A stretch of DNA of 64,000 nucleotides, taken from NCBI GenBank assembly GCA_965645245.1, contig OZ287068.1, positions 3,224,001 to 3,288,000 on the forward strand, given 5' to 3'. This document shows positions 1 to 11,861 of this stretch, in pieces; position 1 is the stretch's first letter, and every line of letters begins with the position of its first letter. A model generated the notes under the pieces. It made no database searches. It was not told the DNA's origin and saw nothing but the letters and a program-made list of their open reading frames with translations. This DNA is from Massalongia carnosa (taxonomy: Eukaryota). The position numbers were made by a program, and so were the translations under genes.

Positions 1-816
1 TACGACGCGTGGTGTGGGGGCATTTCTCTCAACTTCTCTCAGTTTATTCATGTCCAGGAGTTTCCAGGCTCTTCGGCGGGGAGGCGTAAGGGGTTCACAG
101 GTGAGGCGGAGCCTCGTCGATATTGGTACGTGATCTGAGTCTTGATTCAGCTCCGGGACTGTGATACAGTGTTCCAATCTTTCTACGAGATCTTCCGTCA
201 TGAACACCAGATCGATGGTGCTGAATGAGTTTCTTGCCTCCCATGTCACTGTTCCTCTTGGCAGGGTGAGCGAAAGATTTTTACTTTCAATGATGTCTAG
301 TAGCTGTTCGGACGCCTCGTGTTGACCTCGCACTCTCGCACCTCCCCAATGTGGATGATGAAGGTTGAAATCCCCTAGCAAGATGTGTTCTCCTGGCCCG
401 TTCAGTTGACGCAGGGCGGCCGGTAGGGTAGACGGACTATCCGTCGCTGAGATAGATAACGGGGATGGATTGTAGATGTTGTGTATATGAATTTTTCTTA
501 ACACGCTTCCTATTCTGATTTCTATATTCAATGTGCATAGATCTTCTGTTGGATATTCCACGTCCCAACTTTCTGGATCTATCTTCTCGTTGATATAGAA
601 GCAGACGCGTGTGTCTCCTCCGGATTTGTAAAGTAAGTGAAACCCGCTCTGATAGGGGTTGAGTAGTAGGGCCGTTGTAGGGTTTTTCCATGGTTCTTGA
701 ATAGCAATGATATCGAAATTCTTTGTTTTCTCGTCTGCAAGCAATGGTATCAGTGTGCCTTTCGCACTTTTCCTGACGTTGTACTGCAGAATTGTGAGAG
801 TGTTCGTGTCTCTCAT
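1..816 (-). CDS. LINE ORF2, N-terminal apurinic-like endonuclease (partial; absent from the ORF track because it runs off the window)
   Basis: Manual translation from ATG at 816 gives MRDTNTLTILQYNV..IAIQEPW..NIYNP..LLGDFNLHHPHW..TIDLVF..SDHVPI, open as far as read. Confidence 0.9.
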   Translation of the reverse strand, partial: MRDTNTLTILQYNVRKSAKGTLIPLLADEKTKNFDIIAIQEPWKNPTTALLLNPYQSGFHLLYKSGGDTRVCFYINEKIDPESWDVEYPTEDLCTLNIEIRIGSVLRKIHIHNIYNPSPLSISATDSPSTLPAALRQLNGPGEHILLGDFNLHHPHWGGARVRGQHEASEQLLDIIESKNLSLTLPRGTVTWEARNSFSTIDLVFMTEDLVERLEHCITVPELNQDSDHVPISTRLRLTCEPLTPPRRRAWKLLDMNKLREVERNAPTPRVV

Positions 817-2423
817 AATTGATCGTCATTGTTGAGAAGTTCTTCGTTAGTGCTTGGCGTCCTGATGCGTGGACGACCTCTCACCGGCTTGGCGAAGGCC
901 ATTTCTCGAATCTCCGGATTCATCATTCTTGTCGTTCTCCATTCTTCTCTTCCTCGTAGGGGCTTCTCTCTATCCTCTCTCCTGGGCGATAATGATCGCG
1001 ATCGTGCCACCAGCGGTCTTCCTGCGAGGTTCGTGCTTGGCTTTCTTTTTCTTATTGTTTCCATAGCCTCTGTCATTTCTTCATCGTTTGTCTCCTGTAC
1101 CTCTTCCTCCTCTACTATGGTGCTCCCTGTCCCGTCGGTCTGGCTTCGTTGGGTGTCTTTGTTGTTGTCGGTTGTGATGATCACTTCGACGTTCTGCAGC
1201 GGTGCGTTGGGAGATGGTGTGCTTTTCGATCCTAATCCTCTTTCCTTTCTCTTTTCCTCTTCTCTCCCGCTCGGAGGTGTTGCGTAAAGTCTTCTAGCGG
1301 AGTCCCTTGCGATTTCCGTTCGATGCTTTCTCTCCTTTCTTGTTCTGCATTCTGCCGCCCATGCTGGGTGGCCTTTTTCTCCACACGCTCCGCATCGTAG
1401 GAACCTCGGCGCCTTGTTGCCGGGGCACGATCGGCTTTCGTGTCTCCCCGCGCAGTATCCACATGTGGTGGGATTTCTGCAGAACTTTGCTATATGGCCG
1501 TATTGTTGACAATTGAAGCATTGTGTGAGCTTGCATCCGGCTTCGAATAGCTCGCACGTCTTGATTTCTCCTCTGTCTGCTAGACCTACGAGGATGAGCC
1601 GATTGGCCATCTCCGCAGTTTCTACCTCGATGTGCATAGACGCGTATCTCTTGTTCTGCTTAATGGCTCTAGTGCTCCATGCCACTCTATTAATTTTTAG
1701 GTCTTCGTGCAGATCCTTGTTTTCTCTTATCAGATATTCTATGGCCTTCATTTGTTTTGGTCCTCGTACATCGTTCATCCGCATGCCGTGTGCTATTACC
1801 GCGTATCCCTCTTTACGAATCGTCGCCGATGCCGCCACATTCTTTATCCATGCTGGTTGTGATTGGAGGCTCTGCTTAGCCTGCGCTGTTTTGGTGTGGA
1901 TTTTCAAATCCCCGCTGGGGAGCTTCCTGATACCCGCTATCTCGCTGTTGGGGATTTTTATAGCTTCTATGATTTCTTTTGTCGTCTTTCTTCCCAAGGC
2001 CTCTTGCTCTTTGGGATCTTCTATTCTGACTATGAGTTCTTTCATCTTTCTCTTTTCTCTAAGCATGTTTTCATCGATTTGGGTCTGCGTCTTTCCGATA
2101 TCCCCAGTCGTTCCCCTACGGCCCCCAGACGCGACGGCGGCGTAGCTGAGCGCTTTTCCATTGTTTTCTCCCTGCTTCTCAATCTTCTGTAATCTTTGTT
2201 GTATGTCGTGCAGTATGCTTTGAAGACTTTCTTGATTCGACGCGTCAGGCGCGTCGCGTTTTGCCTCGTTTTGTTCTATGAACTCCACCAATGCGAGTAT
2301 CCAGCGACTCACTACTGCGCCTGGTACGGTCTCCCCCATACCTTTTAGTACCTCCCTCGCTTTACATGTTAAGTGGTAGGCTTCACTCATTTCACGCGTC
2401 AAGGCGTATTCGTTCGTGATCAT
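813..2423 (-). CDS. LINE ORF1 gag-like protein with three CCHC zinc knuckles
   Basis: 536-aa ORF with CFNCQQYGHIAKFC, CGYCAGRHESRSC and CGACGEKGHPAWAAEC. Confidence 0.9.
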   Translation of the reverse strand: MITNEYALTREMSEAYHLTCKAREVLKGMGETVPGAVVSRWILALVEFIEQNEAKRDAPDASNQESLQSILHDIQQRLQKIEKQGENNGKALSYAAVASGGRRGTTGDIGKTQTQIDENMLREKRKMKELIVRIEDPKEQEALGRKTTKEIIEAIKIPNSEIAGIRKLPSGDLKIHTKTAQAKQSLQSQPAWIKNVAASATIRKEGYAVIAHGMRMNDVRGPKQMKAIEYLIRENKDLHEDLKINRVAWSTRAIKQNKRYASMHIEVETAEMANRLILVGLADRGEIKTCELFEAGCKLTQCFNCQQYGHIAKFCRNPTTCGYCAGRHESRSCPGNKAPRFLRCGACGEKGHPAWAAECRTRKERKHRTEIARDSARRLYATPPSGREEEKRKERGLGSKSTPSPNAPLQNVEVIITTDNNKDTQRSQTDGTGSTIVEEEEVQETNDEEMTEAMETIRKRKPSTNLAGRPLVARSRSLSPRREDREKPLRGREEWRTTRMMNPEIREMAFAKPVRGRPRIRTPSTNEELLNNDDQL

Positions 2424-2610
2424 TCTTTAGAATCACCAGCGTCGGCCTTTCAAGAATTCCAAAGATCAAGCGGACATGAACTTCCAACCTTTGTTGTCTC
2501 CGTTATATTGAGTGTAAAATTTTTCGTAAAACACGGATGAGTCTATCATCAATACGGTATTTGAATTGATGTTTGATACTTTAAACTGTGGGTCTGAAGT
2601 TTCATCGCCG

Positions 2611-3003
2611 GCTGAACTTATGGCTCGCAAAGATTTGGTTTGCGAATTTGTAGAGAGCTGACGCTATGTATTGGTTGTCCTATGAGTTGTTGCAGAAACT
2701 ATCGTGAAACAGTTCGGCGATCGATAGGTGAGGGCATGTAATCAAGTTGCAATAAGAATATGGAGCAATGTAAAACATCTATAAACATACTCTAAGGAGT
2801 TGACATGGAACTTGTTGAGACCGTCGAAATAGATATATATTGTATATATGATGTATTACGATTGTCGCAAAGAGGTAGGGTTTTAGATGCAAAAGCTCTT
2901 CGTAGCATCTGGACTTTGAGTTAGCCCACTGGGACACTGCAATTTTAACACCTGCTCCTCCCACGATTTTTTCATAACGTATTTTATAGTCTTGACTTCT
3001 TCA
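2611..3003 (-). repeat. Inverted, internally deleted copy of the SNF2 gene 3' end and 3' flank (16262-16743)
   Basis: Reverse complement matches 16262-16333 and 16426-16743 almost exactly; about 90 bp are missing. Confidence 0.92.
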
Positions 3004-3231
3004 ATTACGAAGGCGTGAACGGGGGATGTCTGAAAGACGGCAAAACAGTCAAAAACAATTTACTTTAAGCACTTGGGTAGTTGCTGGGGACAAGGGGGGG
3101 GAATTGGGAGTTTATAGGGCAAAGTAGTAAATTTACCATGATTTTCCCCATCTCCCCCGAAATAACGAAAAACCCGCTATAACGAAAATATTTTGGTAAA
3201 ACGCCACCATCGTTATGGCGGGGTTCGACTG
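3004..3231. mobile_element. Terminal fragment of a Tigger/pogo-like DNA transposon (one TIR)
   Basis: Ends CGTTATGGCGGGGTTCGACTG|TA, with subterminal ATAACGAAAA repeats; no partner TIR seen in the window. Confidence 0.6.
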
Positions 3232-3233
3232 TA

Positions 3234-5475
3234 GTAGATGAACTGTTAATTTAGTGTGAGGGTGAGGCTTAAGCTAGTCCTAATAAGCAGTAGAACTTTA
3301 CGAGGGGTCTGCCAGATGGGGTCTGTCTCGAATCTATCACTTCATCATCTTTTCATTGATTTATTTCATGGCTGCCTCGCACGTCCAGAATCCTATGCAG
3401 GCTCAAAACCAGTCTCGTCCTGGGCCTAATTCAAAGTCCACCAGTCTTCGCAGCTTGCATTCAGCCCGACTTCCCAAGAAAGCGTTTATGTAGCATGCCC
3501 GGTTGTTCCAATGCTAATGCTTCGATCATTAAACAATTTCGTCTGCATCGAGAGGTGGCCGATCATCCTACACTTCGCGATATTTCTGACGACGAATATG
3601 ATGCTCCTCGACATCGAGTATCCTACACCAGAGAGCAGAAACTAGCTGCTATTAGCTATGCTCAAACTACCTGGAAGTCTCAGAAGGATGGAAGTATGAA
3701 GCTTATCAGTAAATATGCTGCAGCCAACAATCTTGGAATTACTACCACGATGCTTAGAAAGTGGATTGAAAGTAGTTCGAGTATCGCCGCTCAACCTAAA
3801 GGTAAACGAAAAGACAGCAAAGCTATGGGTGTATGTAAAGAGCCTGAGCTTGAAAGGCGACTTTTGGAGTTATTCATGGAAGCCCGTAACACTGGACGTA
3901 AAATCAATAAACGTTAGTTTGTTCGTCAGGGTCGTCAGGTGTATGGTCAATTATATCCTCATCGAGTGACTAAGGCATCCGAAAGAATGACTGAGTATGC
4001 CGAGTTCAAATTCTTTACTGGTTGGTTTCGTGGATTCAGACGAAGGTGTGGTATAGCTGTCAGAAATCCTACCAAAAAAGCTCAGCAGGTGAATAATCAA
4101 ATGTTAATTTTTTTGATGATATTGAACTAATGGCATTCGGTTCATATCAGATTCCCGAGAACTTTCGCGATATTATCTAGTTGTGGTTACAATTGAATCG
4201 TCGCAATTCTCAACCGCTTTCGGGTCAAATTCCTTTGCATGGAGGAGGAAGATTTCGTCTTTGCGATATCGGCAATATGGATCAGATTCCTATTGCTTAC
4301 GAGTTCCTGCAGGGTCAATGCTACGATTTTAAAGGTGCCAAAACTGTATGGATTAAAACCCATCGGTCTGGATGGGACAAAAAACAAGCCACTTTGATGA
4401 TTTATGTTTCTGCGGACGGCATTAATCGATGCAAACCTCTTCTCATATTTAAAGGCCAAGATAGTACAAAATGTAGTCGAATCAAGAAGGAGATGACGCA
4501 TTACGACTCGGGAGTAGTAGTTCAATGGGATCTAAAGGCCTACTGCAATGGAAAAGTCATGTGTCGATGGCTAAAACAGCAGTATAAATACGCTACTCTG
4601 GGACTTTATAACGCTAATACACGGCGTTTTCTATCATTAGATGTGTTTGCGGAACAAAAGCCGATGAGGTAAATAACTGAGCATTTTGTTTTCAAGCTGC
4701 TCATGTTTGCTAACAAATTTTAGGTTAAACAAGCCTTTAAAGATTTAAACGTCATAGCATCATTTATACCTTCCGGCTGCACCGGGTTTATTCAAGTTCT
4801 AGACGTCGCCATTAATAAACCTTTGAAGAATCGAATATCGGAGCTAGCCGACATTCATTACGATGAGCACTTCGAGAAATGGAATAAAGGCTCATACACG
4901 GTGGGTGATCGACGAATTATGCTAACAAAATGGGTGGGACAAGCGTGGAGGGAAATGCACTTGGAGCATTCTTCTTTGATTTGTCAAACCTTTCGAAAGT
5001 TGGAATTGTCTCTTGCTGTAGACGGGTCGGAGGATGATAAGTTGTCAGTTAAAGACATACCAGGCATAACGGTAGGCGATTGGAAGCTTTCTACCGGTCA
5101 GGAGGATACACAAGAGGTAGAGGAGCCTGATACAACTGATAATAGTGAGGAGGTGCAGAAGGATGACGAAACTGAAGGCGTCATTGAAGTTAGGGAGTAT
5201 GTTTTGAGTGATGAATCTGGGGCCGTTTTGAATAGCGATACTGAGATGGATGTTGATGACGATTGATTTTCAGGGGATTTTTACTGATGCTTAGAGAATT
5301 TTTACTACTGTTTTGCACAAAATTGCCCTGTTGATGATTTGTCATCCCAAAATCTCGAAATTATGGTCTTATAGTGCAGGACCCCCCTTATGTTCAGAAA
5401 TAAGCAATTTGAACGGGGTCTTATATCCGGGAGGGTCTTACCCAAAAGCAGGGTCTTATTTGCCAGATAATACAG
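3234..5475 (+). mobile_element. pogo-family DNA transposon, left end missing
   Basis: Right end ..GGGTCTTA repeats..TTTGCCAGATAATACAG|TA; encloses a DDE_1 transposase remnant. Confidence 0.75.
3495..5266 (+). pseudogene. pogo/CENP-B-like DDE_1 transposase with introns and in-frame stops
   Basis: HTH region, GWFRGFRRR, IGNMDQIP, LSLDVF and QVLDVAINKPLK; stop at 3915-3917; likely introns at about 4089-4150 and 4669-4722. Confidence 0.85.
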
Positions 5476-6597
5476 TAGAAGAATTGAAGACTCTCCTTCC
5501 CTCCTTTTTTGCTTTCTTTCGTGGCTGTGTCAAGCAAAACCTAATTAACTAACTAGTCCCACTTAATTGTTGAGAAAGAATCGCCTGCGACGTCATCGAA
5601 GCATGGTTGTAGGAAGTTTACTAGGAGCGCTTCTGTCAGATATTTATTTTATCTTGCCATTCTCGAGATCAGCCAACGCAATTAGTTGAAGGTAATTTAT
5701 CAATCGATGCATTCCTAAGATCTCGTGATGTCTTTCACGTGACTTGCGATAACTAAGTGCCGAGTGCCAGAGCCGTTCCGCCAAACAATAAAAGGCTAGA
5801 AACAACTCAACTTGTCAGTTATCACGTGTATAGCCACAAGGTTGAGCTAACACAGGAATAATCCTATTCCATGTTATCTTGAAGTTCGGAATATCTCTAT
5901 ACTTTATGCTCAACATAATCGCTCATGCAAACGATTGTAGAAGGTGTTTGCAGATACACGAGAGATTTCAGAGGATAGTAATGGGAGGAAATCGTCAACC
6001 CTACTGCCAGATACGAGTACTGTCGAACAATACGAGGAATTACTAATGGAATCTCTGTATGGTCTTCGATAAACCGGATGCTTGAGAAAGATCAAGAGAA
6101 TTCGTGTCTGTCAATGAAAGTCGTAATCGTAAGCTGTTTACACGCTCTGTGTAGAGAAAACGAAGAGCCTGCAAGCTTTTTTGTATCAATACAATTCGAG
6201 CTGTGATAAGACACTAGGCGGCAACAGGCTTTGATTTACATTACCGGACTTGGTGAGCTAGCGTGATTGCAGAGCCGTTTTGGTAGAGCGCCAATGGAAG
6301 GAAAGGTGATTTCACAGCTCTCCCTCTTCGCATCACTTGGCAGCTATACCCAGCCCTATTTATTATGGGTTATAAACCTACCTATGATTGGCATGTCATT
6401 ACAGAGGAGTCTTCACTATAGCTTGTTATGTTCAACAACTTGGGCATCTAAAACGGTTGAATATGCGATCATGACCTAAAGGTTCTCGAGCTCTGTACTC
6501 TATTTACGATGATTGACTTTTAGACTTGTATCTCGTTAAAAACCTCACATGCGAATCTTTAAAAACGATTTTGTCTTTACCAAGCCTGCTCTTGCCT

Positions 6598-9500
6598 TTA
6601 AATGGAGACCGGAATATTCGGCGCCATGGCCGAGGATTGCCGCCAGTCCGCCAGCTGCTTTCGTAACGTCCGTGAAAGGGAAGTCAGATCTTCCAACGCT
6701 TTCTGATACGATTCGCCGTCCTTTGGCTCACGGTTCAGGGTTTCGTGGAGAGCGTCGACCTGATCTTGACACGCGGCTTTTTGATACGGATCAAGATGAG
6801 GCAGCCTAGGCACCTGATCGGGCCTGATTAATGCTCGGTGGGCTCGCTGTGTCCCTGGATCATTGATCCGAGGAATGGCATTGCGAGAGCCTGGTAAAAT
6901 ATTATCGAACGAGATGTCTGGGAATAGCATAGAATCATCAGGTACACTGGGATCGGGTGCAGTCTTGCTCGCATCCTCGTAGTCACTTAACGCCCGCGTG
7001 GAACTTGGTGTGCTTGGGGGGTTGGGTGAGCGACTTGAATTACTCCGTGGACTGGACATGCTTCGTATACCTGGAAGACGATATGCGCTACCTTTGGAGT
7101 TTCGCACACTATTGTTTTCGTGATGCTTCATCGCTTGCCACAGACTAGGGAGTTGGTCTGGGCCCTTGTTCGATGAGGGAGCCGATTCGGTTTCCATATA
7201 ACTTTTGTTAGGTATTTCGATCTCTTTCATCCATCTAAGAAGAGTCTCGACGGAGGGCTTAGCTGGGAAGTGCGCTCGATGTAGATGCTTTGCGGCGTTA
7301 CCTTTATTATGATAGCGCTTGCCAGAAGAACAGGCTTGGCATCTGGCAAGAAACTTCTTGTCTACCGAAGCATCAACGCACACCCAGACTTTTCGGCTAA
7401 TTTTGTGAAAGCGTGTAATGTGTTTTCTTAGGGTATATTCGTTGAGCAGTCCATCGGGGAAGTTGGTGCAAAAATGGCAGAAGGCTCTTGGAGGCGCCCG
7501 TCTTTTTCTCGGCCTAACATTGATATCAAGGGCAGGGAAGGAGGCGTCTGCATCTAGAGTTTCCCTTGAGACCGTCGAGTGCTGCTGATTCATACCCAAC
7601 AAAGATTCTGGCGGTAACCCATAGGGCCCATAGGGGAACGAGGTATTAAATGGTTGTCCAAGATAACGGGCACATGAGTCTATGGTATTATTCGGGCCAG
7701 TTTCAGCTATTGGCATAGCAGCCGGAGTACCTTGGAGCTCCGGAGGGCTTTGGTCAGGTTGGGCTCGTAGCTGCGCTTTTATCTCCGCAGCATCCGCCAA
7801 GCTTGACAGGTCCTCTCTTCCCGTTCTCAATAGAAGTAAAAAGTACTGTTCAACCTCATCCGCGGTCTTAGTCTTTAGAAAATCTGAGATGCGCCTGAAA
7901 TCTCGTCCATACAGTTCTACAAGTTTTGGAAATTCTTTCTTCTCAATTTCAGACCAATACAGTGTTCTTTTACTCCTCCAAGCAGAACCAGATGCAGATA
8001 AACATGTTGCGTTGCCTTCGTTGGCTTCATTATCATTGTGTAAGTAATCATGATTGTCTTCAGATATGCCTCCACTCATGGAGTATCGGGAAGTAGGTGA
8101 GGACTTTGAATCGTAATTGGCAAAAATAGAATAACCGGCCAACGTTTTCTCAAGCTCTCGATCACAAATTGTCTCAAATCCGTCCATGTCGAGCGTTCCA
8201 TCCATATGTGAATATATTGAAAGTCCGCGAACATCGTCCTTGAAATCGGCCAAGGAATGATATCCCTGCTCTTCGATCTTGTCTTGCATCTCTTTCAACT
8301 TTGTTGACGACCTTTCCTGTCTCAAAGAAGTTTCGGCTGAGAAATCTGCTTCCTCCTTTCCTTCTGAACGCATAAAATTCTGCCAACTGCCTTCATTATT
8401 TGCTGCTGCGACCTCAGATTGAAGTCTGGCTAAAACTTGCCGGAAACTGCTTTGGAGAACCTTACGGCCTTGTTCATTCCAACATCGCGACGTACGAGCA
8501 GCGCCGAGCGATTTCCCAGAGGTAAAAACATTGTTCCTCCATGACGAAATGTCACCGGAATAGAGACTGGCTGGGATTTCAAAGTCTTCCATGGACATGT
8601 GATATCTTTTGGTGTGCTTTTCCAGATCCTTACGCGATCGAAATCCCCTTCCAGAGAAGTCACACTCAAGACATGGGAACGAGACAATATGAGTCACTTC
8701 ATGAACATTCCGATCGTGTATTGATCCAGAATGATAATTACAAGTATGAAAGCGGCAGAGAAAACCAAATCGATCAACAAACATAGCAAAGTCGTCCTTC
8801 CCAATATGAGCTGGAAGCTTCGATGAGTCCGTGGAAAGGAGCCGCTCGGTGACCTCTCGCAATCTGCAATCTATGAGACTTAAAAAAGTTTCATCCTTTT
8901 GGAGCTGCCATTGTTCCTGAGCATTTAAGCTTTCGAAGGTTGGTGCCATTTCGTCTAATTGGGATCTAAAATGAAGACAATGATTAACGAGGCTGAGGAG
9001 CTCTGGAAATGAAGCAAGTTCTTGAAATCCAGTTGCAATTCGCTGTGAGCTCTTCTCCGGAACAGGCTCTACGGAAGTAGTTGACCGGTTTTTCTTTACG
9101 TGGGAGAAAGCCTTAAGCGCGTCGACCAATATCATAGCCTGACTATCCAAGACGGGAATATTCTCCAGATAAGCCTTTACATGTGCGGCCCAGAAACGGT
9201 GGCTATAATCCTGAAGCCCATACCCTCCTTGTACAATACGTTTCTCGTGATCCAACTCAGTTGTGCCATCGGAAAACCGCGGCAAGATCGTCAAAGCAGA
9301 GGTCAAATTGGCGATGCAGGAGAATCCGATGCTAAAATGAGCTTGTGCGACATCAACGAATGGACCGCTCTGTGGGTGAACAAGGTATTCTTTTGCGGAG
9401 AAGTGTACCAAATCTAAGACACCGCTACTTGACTTCTCGATGATTGGTGCACATAACTCGAGAATATCCCTATTCATATCCTGACTCCTCGTTTTCTTAC

Positions 9501-11289
9501 TCAGAATTGTCTGACCAGGCCTCAACGCAAGCCCATCAGCAACATCATGTATTGTGACGGGTCGATATGCTGCACACACCCAAAAAAGCACTTTGAAAGC
9601 TCGATCTTTTAGAACTGGACTCAAAATGTAAATGCGTTTCAATATAAGCCCATAGGCTTCTTCCAACCCGTCAGGCAGCTGCTCTATTGCATTCTCAAAG
9701 TCCATTTCTGAACTTTGATGGAGAAGCATTGTGACTACAAGGCGGACCCAAAGGAACATTCCTTTCGCCTTTTCTCGCAGCCGCTGCTCTACGCGTTGAA
9801 AAAGGGACAATTCCATGTTTGGAAAACGAAGCTTCAGGTCTTCAACATTTCTTTCAATGTAAAGGTAGAGAGACTCGGTTGTCTTCCCATCAAGGGCAAT
9901 ATGAGTCTTGCACGGCATTGCTTTGTTTATGTGTATTTCATTCCGGCTGGAGACAAAGATTTTACACTTTTCACCAGCGTGTTTTTGGAGTTCTAGCAGA
10001 CTGGTAAGTAATTCCTTTTGAACCGAATGATCGCATTCATCAACGCCATCTAACACAATGCGCGTAGAATATAGAGAGGAAAAAATTTCTTTGAGCATTC
10101 GTTTCATAGCTGAGCTAGAATGGCCCGAGCCTTTCTGGAGATAGGCCTGGTGAATGAGCGGCGCCAAATCCAGGTTCTGTCGCACCACCTGAACTGTAAG
10201 CGTACGTAGAACTGAGCTACAACTGTCTGGTAGGGACGACTTTAGTCCGCAAAAGTAATACAAAGATGTCTGATCTTGACGAAGCTCAAGGTTTTCAACC
10301 AACAAGGAGCAAAGAAAACTTTTACCAGCCCCTGGAATGCCCGTCATCCAAATCAAACCGTTTCCGATTTCATCCTCAGTCCATGATAATATATGATCGT
10401 TTTCAAGAATCCAATTACATGTTCCAGGCTGACGTTTATCAGCCAGCTGGTGAAGATGTTCTTCTTGGCTATCTTCTGCTGCCGACAGCCATCGGAAGAC
10501 TTCCTGAACCATTCGCTGACGTCGCCGCTGCTCAAAATCTTCATCGTCAAGTTGCCGAGCATCTCTCATTCTTTTCATCTCGGAGAAATGTATAGCGGTA
10601 GCTTCCTTATCAAGCAGATCACAATGAGAGGCTAATTTTGCTAATATAGACTTGAAACGCCGTTCGAAGAGGCCCCAGTCAAAGGCGAACCACAGGTGCC
10701 AGGTTCTGCGACGGAAAAACTTGTACACGCGTTGGATAAACTCGAGTATATCGCTATAGATTAGAGCTAGAACTCGTTGAAAATCCTTACTCTCTCCAAA
10801 TACTGCCTTCAACTTGTCCACCGTCGGAATGGCTTCAGCAATGTCCTTGAACGCCTGAAGTATCTTGTCCATGACGTTTGAATACTGCCTTGCTAGCTAT
10901 CATGGAGCATCAGTCGTGACGTAGAGAAGACAAGGGTTAGAACATACAACAAGCATTAACTTGATTGGCCCCTGATAAGCTTTAGTTAGCTGCTAGCTAG
11001 AATCATCTTATCTCAAGCCGGTCGAGCCTACCCATACCCACGCCATTGGCGAAAACCCTTGACAAAAGGAGTCTATGACACCTGAATAGCTTTCCAGGAA
11101 CCGTAGAATTGGCTCTATTCTCCCCATGTAGCGGAGCGACAGCTGGGCACCTTGCTCGTGCTCAATTTTGCGGATGCCTTTCCATAAATCTTCCAGATTC
11201 GTGTCAACGAAGGTCCGGGCATCTTCGGGGTTGAGAGTTGCTTTCAATTGATCGATGGCCTTCACCACAATTGCTTGTGCAGTTGCCAT
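6598..11289 (-). CDS. NLR-like NACHT protein (about 1526 aa): N-terminal helical domain, NACHT, WHD, 2x C2H2, bromodomain-like segment, SANT/Myb, KLAP1-like zinc module
   Basis: Exons 11289-11032, 10971-10948 and 10896-6598 splice in frame (WVW|GPIKLMLV|LARQY). Walker A GIPGAGKS, Walker B IVLDGVDE, GMFLWV and LVHFSAKEYL are present. Confidence 0.9.
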
Positions 11290-11861
11290 AGGACTGTGCT
11301 GGGAGTAGATCGTTGAGGGGCTGAACAACGGATGACTTTGTTCTTCAGCATTGACTGATCGCTGATCATGTCAATCTTGAAACGTGCATTCTAATTGCAC
11401 CTGCACATATTGGCATAATAAAGAGTCGGTTTGCCTTGAGCCTTGAAAATGATGATACTTGAGTGCGCCTGAATGAGCCGCGTGGCGGTGCACAACCTGA
11501 AGCCTACTCGTATTCCAGTTATGTAAGTCAACCTCGGTTATCATCTGATCAGCTGCTGACAGGTGGGGGTGCTGACAGACGTGCGGGAATTAATCGAAGC
11601 GTGGTCCCACACAAACAACTAATCAAGATAACAACTACGATTTTTCAGCAATTCAAGAGTATTTCTCAGCATTATGAGCTCAGACTAAAGATTCGAAAGA
11701 CAGTGGTGATGAGAATGATCGAAAAGACTTAGTGCTCTATACTCGGTACTTTGAGCTCTGTGTACTCTGTAGCTCCGTAAGGGACTGTATTTTCCCCATA
11801 TATGTAGGTATAACTTTTACTCGTGCGGTAAGCCTGGACTACCTAAGATACTCTTGAGTGG

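Larger units (their letters stand above)
1..2600 (-). mobile_element. Tad1/CgT1-like non-LTR retrotransposon (LINE), 5' part; runs off the window start
   Basis: gag-like ORF1 followed directly by an open APE-endonuclease ORF2; 5' boundary approximate. Confidence 0.9.

Noticed and set aside
437..829. 130-aa ORF from the track
   Set aside because: Shadow frame of the LINE endonuclease ORF2
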